A stretch of 64,000 bases of DNA from contig JAMPCO010000001.1 in NCBI GenBank assembly GCA_023666145.1, forward strand, positions 16,579 through 80,578. Reading direction: 5' to 3'. The stretch's first letter is position 1, and every line of letters begins with the position of its first letter. The notes beneath the pieces are model-generated. The model was not told the DNA's origin. It saw nothing but the letters and a program-made list of their open reading frames with translations, and did not search any database. Position numbers and translations under genes: made by a program. This document shows, one piece after another, positions 55,499 to 64,000 of this stretch. This DNA comes from Prevotella sp. (lineage in GTDB: Bacteria; Bacillota; Clostridia; Christensenellales; UBA1242).

Positions 55499-56390
55499 AT
55501 AAAGTATATACAACAAAACTCAAGCCATAAGCAAGCAACAAATTAACAAAGAAAATCTTGACGCCAGTTTTGCGACCGCAATGATGGTTAATTGCTGTTT
55601 GGGCTGCCAAACATTTTGGATACAGCGTAAAGAATGTTACCAATGAAAGTACGACTGGCAAAGTCAATCCATTAACTATTTCTGGGAAAAATAATAAAAC
55701 GGAAACCGCTGCTTCTTTGGCAATAATCCCAAATAGTAAAGCGCAAATCAATACGGGCTGATTCAAACCAATCGGTGCAAATAAAGGCGCAAAAACACTA
55801 CATATCGAAAATAAAATTGATTGTTCGCAATCTGCAACAAACTCAAAATCAAACGAAAAACGTGCCAGGAAAACGATGACAAACGCACTAACGGCAAAAG
55901 CAATCAAAATCTTCTTGGTAAATATCAATGTCTGTTTCAAGGTGTCTAATAAACATTGCCATAAATTCGGAAAAGTTAATTTGATAATTTGGTCAAGATT
56001 GGGTTCGGTTGAAATTTTCGGTGCCAGCAACACCACTACAAGACCAATCATAATACAAATCAAATACACGAATAAGATGACCCAAAATGGAAAACCCAAC
56101 ACAGTCAACAATAAAAAGGTTAGCAATGGTAACTGCGCCGTACACGGAATTAAAGATAAGAAGTATACCAAACGATTCCGCTGTGGATTATCGCGAGCGG
56201 CACAAACCGCCATCGTTGTACAGTTAAAAGTCAAGCAGATTGGTAAAACATGAGCAAGCGGTAAATGGAAAATCCGTGCAATCTTCGCCAAAAGGCCACT
56301 CTTTTCCAATAATGCCAAGATAAAATACAAAATAAAAACTTGTGGGATAAATTCAATTAAAACACTTAAAATTTCCCATAAAGACGGCAC
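55482..56390 (-). CDS. FeoB-like membrane (Gate/nucleoside-recognition) domain protein without a G domain
   Basis: Matches the FeoB core (GLLAKIARIF...ICLTFNCTTMA...IPCTAQLP), but is only 302 aa and has no GTPase motifs. Confidence 0.55.
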   Translation of the reverse strand: MPSLWEILSVLIEFIPQVFILYFILALLEKSGLLAKIARIFHLPLAHVLPICLTFNCTTMAVCAARDNPQRNRLVYFLSLIPCTAQLPLLTFLLLTVLGFPFWVILFVYLICIMIGLVVVLLAPKISTEPNLDQIIKLTFPNLWQCLLDTLKQTLIFTKKILIAFAVSAFVIVFLARFSFDFEFVADCEQSILFSICSVFAPLFAPIGLNQPVLICALLFGIIAKEAAVSVLLFFPEIVNGLTLPVVLSLVTFFTLYPKCLAAQTAINHHCGRKTGVKIFFVNLLLAYGLSFVVYTLCGIFV

Positions 56391-56401
56391 ACCAATGTAT
56401 A

Positions 56402-57331
56402 TTATTTCGGTGCGACAATTTTGCGTTGTTTTGTGTATAAACGTGCGGTTTCAAATTGTTTATATAAAGGTGCAATCAAAAATAACGACGAATAGGTACC
56501 CGCGAATAAGCCAAAGATAATTGGTAAAGCAAATTCAATCAAAGTCGATAATTGCATGGTCAGGCTGATAATAGTTAACACCAACAATGTGGCCAAAGTC
56601 GTTCCTGCCGTTAAAACACTGCGCCCTAACGTACGGTTTACCGATTTGTTAATCATTTGTTCTAAAGTTAGATTGTCGGTATTGTGTTTTTCCATGTGAC
56701 GAATACGGTCGAAGACAACCAAACTGTTATTGATTGAATACGCCATGACCGTCAAAATTGCGGCTATAAATGAAGTGTTGATTTCAATTTGAAAAATTAC
56801 CATTAAGGAACAAATCATCAGCACATCGTGCGCCAACGCCAACACAGTCGCTATCCCCGCCGTGAACTTGAAACGAATTAACATATAAATGATTAAACCT
56901 GCCAACGCCGCAAGAATTGACCAAAACACCATCATGACCGTTTCATTTGTGGTACTGGCTTGAATACTTTCGGCAGAATTCCAATCTTCATCGTTGAAAT
57001 ACGATTGCAAATCGGTGATAATGCTTTCGGTATTTTCATCAGCATTAAATTTAATGGAAAAAGTATTACCGCCACTGGTGCTTTGTTCTTTGGTAATGTT
57101 ATACTTGACGTCCAAAGAATCCATTTTGGATTCAATCTCGGCTTGACTGTGTTCCCCATCGGCATTCACACTAACAATCGTTCCACCCGTAAATTCCAAC
57201 CCTAAATTAAAGCCCAAAATCGCCAACATAATAATACCCAGCACTAAAATCACCACTGGGGCAATAAAGAACCAACGACCATTGCGCACATAATTGAAAT
57301 TGGAGTTTTTAATTCTTTCAATCAATTTCAT
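56402..57331 (-). CDS. secF: Protein translocase subunit SecF
   Basis: Typical SecF topology and motifs (GLEFTGGT). Overlaps the secD stop. Confidence 0.85.
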   Translation of the reverse strand: MKLIERIKNSNFNYVRNGRWFFIAPVVILVLGIIMLAILGFNLGLEFTGGTIVSVNADGEHSQAEIESKMDSLDVKYNITKEQSTSGGNTFSIKFNADENTESIITDLQSYFNDEDWNSAESIQASTTNETVMMVFWSILAALAGLIIYMLIRFKFTAGIATVLALAHDVLMICSLMVIFQIEINTSFIAAILTVMAYSINNSLVVFDRIRHMEKHNTDNLTLEQMINKSVNRTLGRSVLTAGTTLATLLVLTIISLTMQLSTLIEFALPIIFGLFAGTYSSLFLIAPLYKQFETARLYTKQRKIVAPK

Positions 57332-58749
57332 TTTGCACCACCCATATTCAATTTACGTTTTTGTGGTACAGTAGGTTGTGGTTCAACCAATTCATTGTCA
57401 CTTTGCTTCATTTTAATATTCGCACGATTGGCGTTGTCAGGATTGATGTATAAGTATAATTTCGCCAGACTACGCGTGATTACTAAGCCGACAAACATGG
57501 AAATGGCAACACCCAAAGCCAAGGTAATTGCGAAGCCGCGGATTGAACCCGAACTTAAGAAATACAAAATTAAACTGACAATAATCGTTGTGACATTGGC
57601 ATCTAATATGGTTACAATTGATTTATTAAAACCAGAATGCACCGCCGCGGCAAATCGTTTTCCCGAACGATATTCCTCTTTAATTTGTTCAAAGATTAGG
57701 ATGTATGCATCCACAGCCATACCAATTGACAAAATAATCCCAGCGATACCAGGCAAGGTCAATTGAATTGAATCGATAATTGCTAGGAAGAAAACAAAAA
57801 TAACTGTATAGATAATCAACGACAAATTAGCAATTAAGCCGAAATCGCGATAGACCACGACCATCAACACAAAAATTATCAGTAATCCAATCGCCAACGC
57901 AATTAACCCTGCCATGATTGCCCCTTCACCCAAAGTCGCAGGTATGTAACTCATTTCACTGACATTTAATTCAACCGTATACAATCCCGACTCAATTTGC
58001 AAAGCAAATGTTTCAGCACTGTCTTTCGTATAAGAACCTGTAATTAAAACCTTACCATCCGAACCTAAGGTGCTGGCATTTTCAGACGAAATTTGTGGTG
58101 CACTAATTAAAGATTTGTTGGAAAAAATCGCCATGTACTGTCCACCAGCGTCTTTGACTTTTTCGCGAAACTTAACTTTACCCTCGCTGGTAAATGACAA
58201 CTGAATGGCATAATTTGAAACGTCGTCTGGATCAGAAACCACCTTAACACTGGAAATACCTTCCCCCGTTAAAAAGACTTTGCTGGCGTCGTAGGCTGGT
58301 TGGGTTGTACCGCTTGGTTCCAAAAATTCAATATTTGCTGGTGTACCGATGGCATCCATAATTTCTTGAGTATCTTTCATCCCAGGAACTTCAATCCGAA
58401 TTTTATAATTAGGATTCGTACCTTGTGAATAAACATTGGCTTCCAAATAGCCTTGATTGGACAACGTAGTTTGGATACGATTGATTGTCGCATCGACTTC
58501 CGATTCTAAATCTGTACTGTTTTCTGATGGCTCAACCGTATAAACCGCTAATACACCACCATTCAAATCAATGCCCATTTTATCTTTAATGGCTTGGTAG
58601 CAGCCAACATATTTTGTATTAGTAAACGGGAAAGTAAATTCAACAAAACACAGTGCGACCGCAATGGCGACAACGACACAAATTACGCAATATTTAATAA
58701 TTGCCCGTGTTTTATTCATATAGGTAAAATTATACCACGAATTTTGCAT
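57328..58749 (-). CDS. secD: Protein translocase subunit SecD
   Basis: Large periplasmic-type loop followed by 5 TM, with GIDLNGG and IAGIILSIGMAVDA. Confidence 0.85.
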   Translation of the reverse strand: MQNSWYNFTYMNKTRAIIKYCVICVVVAIAVALCFVEFTFPFTNTKYVGCYQAIKDKMGIDLNGGVLAVYTVEPSENSTDLESEVDATINRIQTTLSNQGYLEANVYSQGTNPNYKIRIEVPGMKDTQEIMDAIGTPANIEFLEPSGTTQPAYDASKVFLTGEGISSVKVVSDPDDVSNYAIQLSFTSEGKVKFREKVKDAGGQYMAIFSNKSLISAPQISSENASTLGSDGKVLITGSYTKDSAETFALQIESGLYTVELNVSEMSYIPATLGEGAIMAGLIALAIGLLIIFVLMVVVYRDFGLIANLSLIIYTVIFVFFLAIIDSIQLTLPGIAGIILSIGMAVDAYILIFEQIKEEYRSGKRFAAAVHSGFNKSIVTILDANVTTIIVSLILYFLSSGSIRGFAITLALGVAISMFVGLVITRSLAKLYLYINPDNANRANIKMKQSDNELVEPQPTVPQKRKLNMGGAK

Positions 58750-58809
58750 AACTACAAATTATTTTATTTCCAAATTACCAATTTTTTTGCTTTGTACATA
58801 TACCAAAGT

Positions 58810-59655
58810 ATGGAACCAATTTTTACTGGGGTTGCCACCGCATTAGTAACTCCCTTCAATACTAAACAACAAGTCGATTTACCAACTTTACGTCGTTTAT
58901 TGGAACGACAAATTAAAATGAAAGCCGATGCAATTGTTGTCTTAGGAACCACAGGCGAAATCTCGACTTTGGCATTAGAAGAACGCTACGCCGTAATTGA
59001 TTGCGCTTTACATACCGTTAACGGACGCGTACCACTGATTTTTGGCATTGGTGGCAATGACCCAACTAACATTATCGCTTTAGGTAAATATGTCGTGAAA
59101 GCGGCAAAGAATGTATCAGGTAAAATTGGTATTATGGTGACCGCACCATATTACAATAAAGGAACGCCTGATGGAATTTATACTTACTATAAAACCATTA
59201 CAACAGCAATTAAATTGCCAACGATTGTCTACAATATCCCATCCCGTACTGGGGTCAATCTTGCGCCCGAAACTATGGCACGCATCGCCTCCATACCATT
59301 CGTTGCTGGCATTAAAGAAGCCAGCGGTGATTTACATCAAATTACTCAAACCGTACGCCTGTGTCCTAATGTAGCGGTTTACAGTGGTGATGATACTTTG
59401 GCATTACCAGCATACGCAGTCGGTTGTCGTGGAATTATATCCGTGGCATCAAACTTGGACGTCGCCCCAGTCAAAGCGATTTGGCAACTTTATTGCGACG
59501 GGAAAACGGCAGCCGCACGTCAGGAATTTTTCACCGCACTCCCTCTTTACCAATCTTTGTTCCGTGTGGTTAACCCCATACCGATTAAATACGAATTAGC
59601 CCAACGCGGACTGATTAAAAATGTATTACGCTTGCCACTGTTACCAATTCAATGA
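58810..59655 (+). CDS. dapA: 4-hydroxy-tetrahydrodipicolinate synthase
   Basis: GTTGE, YNIPSRTG and GIKEASGD motifs. The ATG at 58810 is chosen because the longer ORF overlaps the secD 5' end. Confidence 0.9.
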   Translation: MEPIFTGVATALVTPFNTKQQVDLPTLRRLLERQIKMKADAIVVLGTTGEISTLALEERYAVIDCALHTVNGRVPLIFGIGGNDPTNIIALGKYVVKAAKNVSGKIGIMVTAPYYNKGTPDGIYTYYKTITTAIKLPTIVYNIPSRTGVNLAPETMARIASIPFVAGIKEASGDLHQITQTVRLCPNVAVYSGDDTLALPAYAVGCRGIISVASNLDVAPVKAIWQLYCDGKTAAARQEFFTALPLYQSLFRVVNPIPIKYELAQRGLIKNVLRLPLLPIQ

Positions 59656-59661
59656 TATAAT
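59632..59661 (+). promoter_or_regulatory. Promoter candidate placed for a leaderless dnaD-like/dnaI transcript
   Basis: TTGCCA, 18 nt, TGATATAAT (-10 at 59656-61), then 6 nt and the ATG at 59668. Confidence 0.55.
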
Positions 59662-59667
59662 CTTGAT

Positions 59668-60387
59668 ATGAGTTTGGTTTCGTTTTCACGTGGCTACATG
59701 ACCGCAGGATTCACAAATATTTCCAACATCTTCTTGGAAGAACATTTACCCTACGCGAACGGTGATTGCGTCCGTGTCTATTTGTATGGACTTTATTTGT
59801 GTCAAAATGCAACTGGCGCGGATAACACTATTGAAATGATGAGCAGTAAATTGGGTATCAGCGTGGCAAATATCAAAGATGCCTTCGAATATTGGGAAAA
59901 GCAGAATTTGGTACAAATTTTAGATACCGTACCAATTGAAGTTAAATACTTACCGATTAAACGTAATTCGGCAAAAGTTCGTGCCTTGCCCAAAGGTCAA
60001 TACGACGACTTTAACACCAAGGCCCAGGCGATTTTGGACGGGCGCATGATTACCACCACCGAATTTCATGAATATTATGCCTTTATGGAAAGTATGCACT
60101 TTGAACCCGAAGCACTGTTGTTGGTTATCAAAAATTGCGTTATGGTGAAAGGCTTTACGGTTGGTTACGCGTATATTTTGACTGTCGCAAAAAATTTGGC
60201 ATACGAAGGTTTGACGACTCATGCGGCGGTCGCCACTAAGTTTACCGTCGACCAGAAAGACCAAAACGCTTTAACCAATTTAATTAAACAAATCCGCAAA
60301 AATAAACCGACCAACAAAGACTTTATCAAGCACAGTTATTCAGCAGAAGCATTAAAGGAGGTAGAACACGATGTTAGCGAATTTTGA
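59668..60387 (+). CDS. DnaD-domain replication initiation/membrane attachment protein (DnaB-like of Firmicutes)
   Basis: Sits immediately upstream of and overlapping dnaI. N-terminal pattern FTNISNIFLEEHLPYANGDCVRVYLY. Confidence 0.65.
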   Translation: MSLVSFSRGYMTAGFTNISNIFLEEHLPYANGDCVRVYLYGLYLCQNATGADNTIEMMSSKLGISVANIKDAFEYWEKQNLVQILDTVPIEVKYLPIKRNSAKVRALPKGQYDDFNTKAQAILDGRMITTTEFHEYYAFMESMHFEPEALLLVIKNCVMVKGFTVGYAYILTVAKNLAYEGLTTHAAVATKFTVDQKDQNALTNLIKQIRKNKPTNKDFIKHSYSAEALKEVEHDVSEF

Positions 60388-61084
60388 ACGCTATGATTTA
60401 ATTTTAGCGGCAAGGAAAAGTAAAAAATTTCGCGAACTTGACGACCAAGTGCGCACAATGGCATATGAATTGGGCAAAAAAAATTCCAAGATTGATAAAC
60501 AAAAATATTACGAATTGAAAGCACAACGCGATGAACAACTGACGAATTTTATTAAAAGCCTGGTACCTGTTGCGAAGCCATTCGACCGCGCCGTATTTCA
60601 AAAACTTGACCAAAAGATCACTGTCAAAATTGACAAATACTTGGAAAAATTCCCAAATGTTAAATTTAGAAACTTGATTTTTACTGGCTCAACAGGTACA
60701 GGGAAAACATATTGTGCCAATTTAATCCAACACGAACTAACTCAAAAAGGTTACCGCGTTCATCTGACTAATACTTTCAATCTTGTGAAACGCATGAAAG
60801 ATTATTTATATGGTCAAGATCCAGCAGTTTCTGAAGACTTTTTTAACAGCGATTTATTGATTATTGATGACTTAGGTGCCGAGCCCAGCATTAAAAACAG
60901 CGATGAAATGCTTTACACTGTTATCAATGAAAGGTATTCCAATAATCGACCTTTTATCATCACTACTAACCTATCCAAAGACCAAGTTTCAATCCGTTAT
61001 GAAGACCGAATTTTTGGTAGAATTTATGATAACAACATATCAAGTACTATTATTTTTAACGGGAAAGACCTTCGCATAGAGTAA
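60371..61084 (+). CDS. dnaI: Primosomal helicase loader DnaI (DnaC/IstB-like AAA+)
   Basis: Walker A GSTGTGKTY and Walker B LLIIDDLG. Confidence 0.8.
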   Translation: MLANFERYDLILAARKSKKFRELDDQVRTMAYELGKKNSKIDKQKYYELKAQRDEQLTNFIKSLVPVAKPFDRAVFQKLDQKITVKIDKYLEKFPNVKFRNLIFTGSTGTGKTYCANLIQHELTQKGYRVHLTNTFNLVKRMKDYLYGQDPAVSEDFFNSDLLIIDDLGAEPSIKNSDEMLYTVINERYSNNRPFIITTNLSKDQVSIRYEDRIFGRIYDNNISSTIIFNGKDLRIE

Positions 61085-61550
61085 AGGCGTGCGTTAACGC
61101 GATTGCCAAGGCATCGGCGGCATCGTCGGGTTTGATTTTTTGTTCTTGATTCAAAATTTTACCAACAGCGGCTTGCATCTCTTTCTTCTTGGCTTTACAA
61201 CCACCCGTCATCGCAATTTTAATTTGATTAGGTTTGTAATTAAAGACTTCACCGTGGTAATAAGTAGCACGCATTAAAGCAATACCACGTGCCGCAGCAA
61301 CCTTTAATCCCGTTGTTACATTGGCGGCAAAAAACAATTCTTCAATCGCAATGTCATCAGGATGATATTCTTCCAGCAAACGGGCTAAATCGTCGTTGAT
61401 TTGACATAAGCGTTTGCCAAATGTTTGTTCTTTATCGGTTTCGATGGCACCGTAATCAATCAAACTGACTTCGGTACCAGTTAATTGAATCACACCCCAA
61501 CCCATGATGCCAAAGCCAGGGTCAATGCCCATAATGATTTTATTCGGCAT
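61056..61550 (-). CDS. ruvC: Crossover junction endodeoxyribonuclease RuvC
   Basis: IMGIDPGFG, IEELFF and DAADALAIALTHA motifs. The start is taken at MPNKII. Confidence 0.85.
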   Translation of the reverse strand: MPNKIIMGIDPGFGIMGWGVIQLTGTEVSLIDYGAIETDKEQTFGKRLCQINDDLARLLEEYHPDDIAIEELFFAANVTTGLKVAAARGIALMRATYYHGEVFNYKPNQIKIAMTGGCKAKKKEMQAAVGKILNQEQKIKPDDAADALAIALTHAFTLCEGLSR

Positions 61551-62253
61551 TGTGGTAAACCGCTTGTACGTCGTCGTTACTTTCCAAAGTGTCAATCAAT
61601 TTTTCGAAACTGGCAATTTTATCTTCAGGTATTGCCACGGTAGAAATTGGCACCCACGCGACTTCCGCACTTTCTGTTTGAATGTGATTTTGTTCCAATA
61701 CGTTTAATACCGCGTTAAAATTTTCTGGTTTAACGGTAACCGTAATCATGTTATCTTCGGTTGTCAAATCTTCCAATGGACTGTCAATCAAAATTTCTAA
61801 TAAACTGTCTTCGGTTTGATTGGTAACCGTAATCACTCCTAAACGGTTAAACAAAAAAGATACCGAACCAGACACACCCAACGCCCCACCCGATTTATCA
61901 AAATATGAACGCACATCACCAGCCGTACGATTTTTGTTATTAGTTAAGGCTTCCACGATGACGGCAACACCTGCTGGCCCGTAACCTTCATAAATCATCG
62001 CGTCATAATTTGAATCCGTACTATCACCTAAACCTTTTGCGATTGCCCGTTTGATGTTGTCATTCGGCATATTATTGCTCTTGGCTTTGGCAATGGCCTC
62101 CTTTAATTTACTATTATTCTCTGGATCACCACTGCCACCCATTTTAACGGCAACAATGATTTCTTTCCCTAATTTAGTGTACACGTTGCTACGTTCTGCG
62201 TCAGCAATGCCTTTTTTACGGTGTATTTTACTCCATTTGTTATGTCCACTCAT
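61540..62253 (-). CDS. yebC: YebC/PmpR family DNA-binding regulator
   Basis: MSGHNKWSKIHRKK N-terminus and family-wide similarity. Confidence 0.85.
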   Translation of the reverse strand: MSGHNKWSKIHRKKGIADAERSNVYTKLGKEIIVAVKMGGSGDPENNSKLKEAIAKAKSNNMPNDNIKRAIAKGLGDSTDSNYDAMIYEGYGPAGVAVIVEALTNNKNRTAGDVRSYFDKSGGALGVSGSVSFLFNRLGVITVTNQTEDSLLEILIDSPLEDLTTEDNMITVTVKPENFNAVLNVLEQNHIQTESAEVAWVPISTVAIPEDKIASFEKLIDTLESNDDVQAVYHNAE

Positions 62254-62872
62254 AAAAATGAGTATAGCACATGATGATACCGCCCGCAACTGCTACGTTC
62301 AATGATTCGCAACCTGCGGTCATCGGAATTGTCACAACTTGGTGTGGCTTTTGGTAAAAAATTGGGTTAATCCCTTGACCTTCGTTGCCAAGAACAATGC
62401 CAAAATTAGGATGCTTAATTGGTGTTGGCGGTTTGCCGTGTAAATCGGCGATATAATACAAGGTATTAACTGGCAAGTGTTCATAGTCTGTATCAATCAC
62501 ATTCAAACGTAAAACCATGCCGCTACTGGCGCGGATGACTTTGGGCGAATACGGGTCAACACAATCAATCGTATAAATGGTCTTAAAATTAAATGCTAAC
62601 GCAGTACGTAATAATGTTCCCAAATTACCAGGGTCTTGAATGCGGTCAAGTACTAAAAACGGTGTGGTCGGCGCAGTCGGCTGCGGAATACGGGCTACTG
62701 CAACACGACCATGATAATGTTCCAAATTTTTCAAACTGTCCTCAGGAAAAATTTTAACCACCAAATCCATGTGGTCTTGGATAATTTTTTCGCCTTCCAA
62801 AATACACAAAGAAAACTCCTGCCGATATTTCTTGGCAAGAAGTTTTCTTAAAATCTTGGGAGTAATTTCCAT
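62240..62872 (-). CDS. TrmH/SpoU-family RNA 2'-O-methyltransferase
   Basis: DPGNLGTLLRTA, GNEGQGI and ESLNVAVAGGI motifs. Sits downstream of rplT as in Bacillus (ysgA). Confidence 0.75.
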   Translation of the reverse strand: MEITPKILRKLLAKKYRQEFSLCILEGEKIIQDHMDLVVKIFPEDSLKNLEHYHGRVAVARIPQPTAPTTPFLVLDRIQDPGNLGTLLRTALAFNFKTIYTIDCVDPYSPKVIRASSGMVLRLNVIDTDYEHLPVNTLYYIADLHGKPPTPIKHPNFGIVLGNEGQGINPIFYQKPHQVVTIPMTAGCESLNVAVAGGIIMCYTHFYEWT

Positions 62873-62875
62873 TGT

Positions 62876-63229
62876 TTAGGCCAAATGTTTCTTTACAGTT
62901 TCCACTAATGCCGTAAAAGCAGCGGCATCGTTAATCGCCATTTCGGACAACATTTTACGGTTGATGTTAATATTGGCTTTTTTCAAACCATCCATCAAGC
63001 GACTATACGTGATATCATTTTGACGGGCAGCCGCGTTGATACGTGCAATCCACAATTTGCGGAAATCCCGCTTTTTCAAACGGCGGCCAACATAAGCATA
63101 TTGACCAGATTTCATCACTTGTTCGTGGGCTACACGGTACAAATTTGATTTAGTACCACGATAACCCTTAGCAAGTTTTAACGTCTTACGACGTTTCTTC
63201 AAAGCATTAACACTACGTTTAATTCTCAT
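62876..63229 (-). CDS. rplT: 50S ribosomal protein L20
   Basis: KLAKGYRG and [13 protein letters not shown] motifs. Confidence 0.95.
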   Translation of the reverse strand: MRIKRSVNALKKRRKTLKLAKGYRGTKSNLYRVAHEQVMKSGQYAYVGRRLKKRDFRKLWIARINAAARQNDITYSRLMDGLKKANININRKMLSEMAINDAAAFTALVETVKKHLA

Positions 63230-63417
63230 TTTTGAATTAACCTCCTAATCGTTTTTTCGTCGGAACTACTGACCGTATTACCATGACGTAACTTGCGCTT
63301 ACGTTCACGTTTCTTTTTGTTTAAGATGTGATTCTTGTTTTTCATGGTACGTTTAACATCATTTTTGCGGGCATTGAATCTTTTTTTTGCGCCGCTATGT
63401 GTCTTCATCTTGGGCAT
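63226..63417 (-). CDS. rpmI: 50S ribosomal protein L35
   Basis: [15 protein letters not shown]-terminus. The second ATG is chosen for its spacing to AAGGAGA. Confidence 0.9.
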   Translation of the reverse strand: MPKMKTHSGAKKRFNARKNDVKRTMKNKNHILNKKKRERKRKLRHGNTVSSSDEKTIRRLIQK

Positions 63418-63431
63418 AATCATTCTCTCCT

Positions 63432-63971
63432 TTATTTCTTTTTTTTCGGCGCTAACATCACCATGATGTTAATGTTGCGCCCGGGAACACCAGATTTTGC
63501 GACTGGAGTTTCAATGTCGGCGATGTCTAACATTCTTTCTGCGAATTGTGAAACCACAGCAACACCCTTGTCTGCTAATTGAGTTTTGCGTCCACGAAGT
63601 CGGTTAATACAAACTTTCACTTTATCACCGTCCATGATACATTCACGGGCTTTGTTTAATTTGAAAGCGATTTCGTTTTCCTGGATACCGATTGATAATT
63701 GGACTTCTTTAATATCAACCATATTCTTACGTTGTTCTTTACGTTGAGTTTTTTCTTTTTTAATTTGTTCGTAACGGAATTTAGAATAGTCAATAATTTT
63801 TGCGACAGGTGGTTTTGAAGTTTCCGTAATTAAAACCAAATCCATTCCTGCTTCATCTGCCAATTTCAATGCCTGTGCCAAAGTGATGATACCAACCATT
63901 TCATTGTTCACCCCGATGACCCTTAATTCTGGACAAGAAATTTCGCTGTTAATCTTTAATTCCTTAAAAAT
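63432..63971 (-). CDS. infC: Translation initiation factor IF-3, ATT start codon
   Basis: The frame stays open upstream of the ORF-track GTG. AAGGAGGT, then 8 nt, then ATT (63971-69) TTT AAG GAA... gives the conserved INSEISCPELRVIGVNNE N-terminus. Confidence 0.85.
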   Translation of the reverse strand: MFKELKINSEISCPELRVIGVNNEMVGIITLAQALKLADEAGMDLVLITETSKPPVAKIIDYSKFRYEQIKKEKTQRKEQRKNMVDIKEVQLSIGIQENEIAFKLNKARECIMDGDKVKVCINRLRGRKTQLADKGVAVVSQFAERMLDIADIETPVAKSGVPGRNINIMVMLAPKKKK

Positions 63972-64000
63972 GTTAAATTACCTCCTTATAATGAAAAAAG

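Noticed and set aside
58594-58809. 72-codon N-terminal extension of the dapA ORF
   Set aside because: The extension overlaps the secD 5' end on the other strand and has no DapA homology. The conserved N-terminus begins at the ATG at 58810.
1-64000. CRISPR arrays, IS elements/transposases, prophage genes and rRNA
   Set aside because: I saw no regularly spaced direct repeats, no transposase-like ORFs, no phage structural genes and no rRNA-like sequence.

Overview
Dense chromosomal segment with about 60 CDS and one tRNA. It comes from a low-GC, endospore-forming Firmicute, probably Clostridia-like: it carries spoIIGA-sigE, yqfC/yqfD, an archaeal-type ProRS, RuvC and DnaD/DnaI. All family calls rest on motifs read by eye; no database search was possible. 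Layout: (i) 3-10268 is the 3' part of a giant surface-protein gene (at least 3,421 aa). (ii) 10.4-18.6 kb is a co-directional accessory block: a heterodimeric ABC exporter, two tandem paralogous unknown proteins, a second ABC ATPase plus large permease, and a lytic transglycosylase. (iii) 18.6-23.2 kb holds SOD, an M29 aminopeptidase, tyrS and proS. (iv) 23.4-30.3 kb is an accessory cluster: a multi-zinc-ribbon/DUF2726-like gene, two membrane-anchored glycosidase-like proteins, TspO and a 1,060-aa S8 peptidase. (v) tRNA-Asp lies at 30.4 kb. (vi) 30.9-64 kb is housekeeping and sporulation genes. The points I consider most worth follow-up are as follows. Three homologs have lost their catalytic or ligand residues: a Cys-less IscU, a Zn-ligand-less Cdd, and an ABC NBD with degenerate motifs that is coupled to a membrane-anchored PadR. 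Several proteins are truncated: SpoIIGA, YqfD, AlaRS, RF2 and a FeoB fragment. There is a MazF toxin with no adjacent antitoxin. Operon-first genes repeatedly show TATAAT-N6-8-ATG, a leaderless layout. Every convergent gene junction is 6 nt or less, or overlaps. A 22-codon ORF has a perfect SD and its own terminator. No CRISPR array, transposase, prophage or rRNA was seen.
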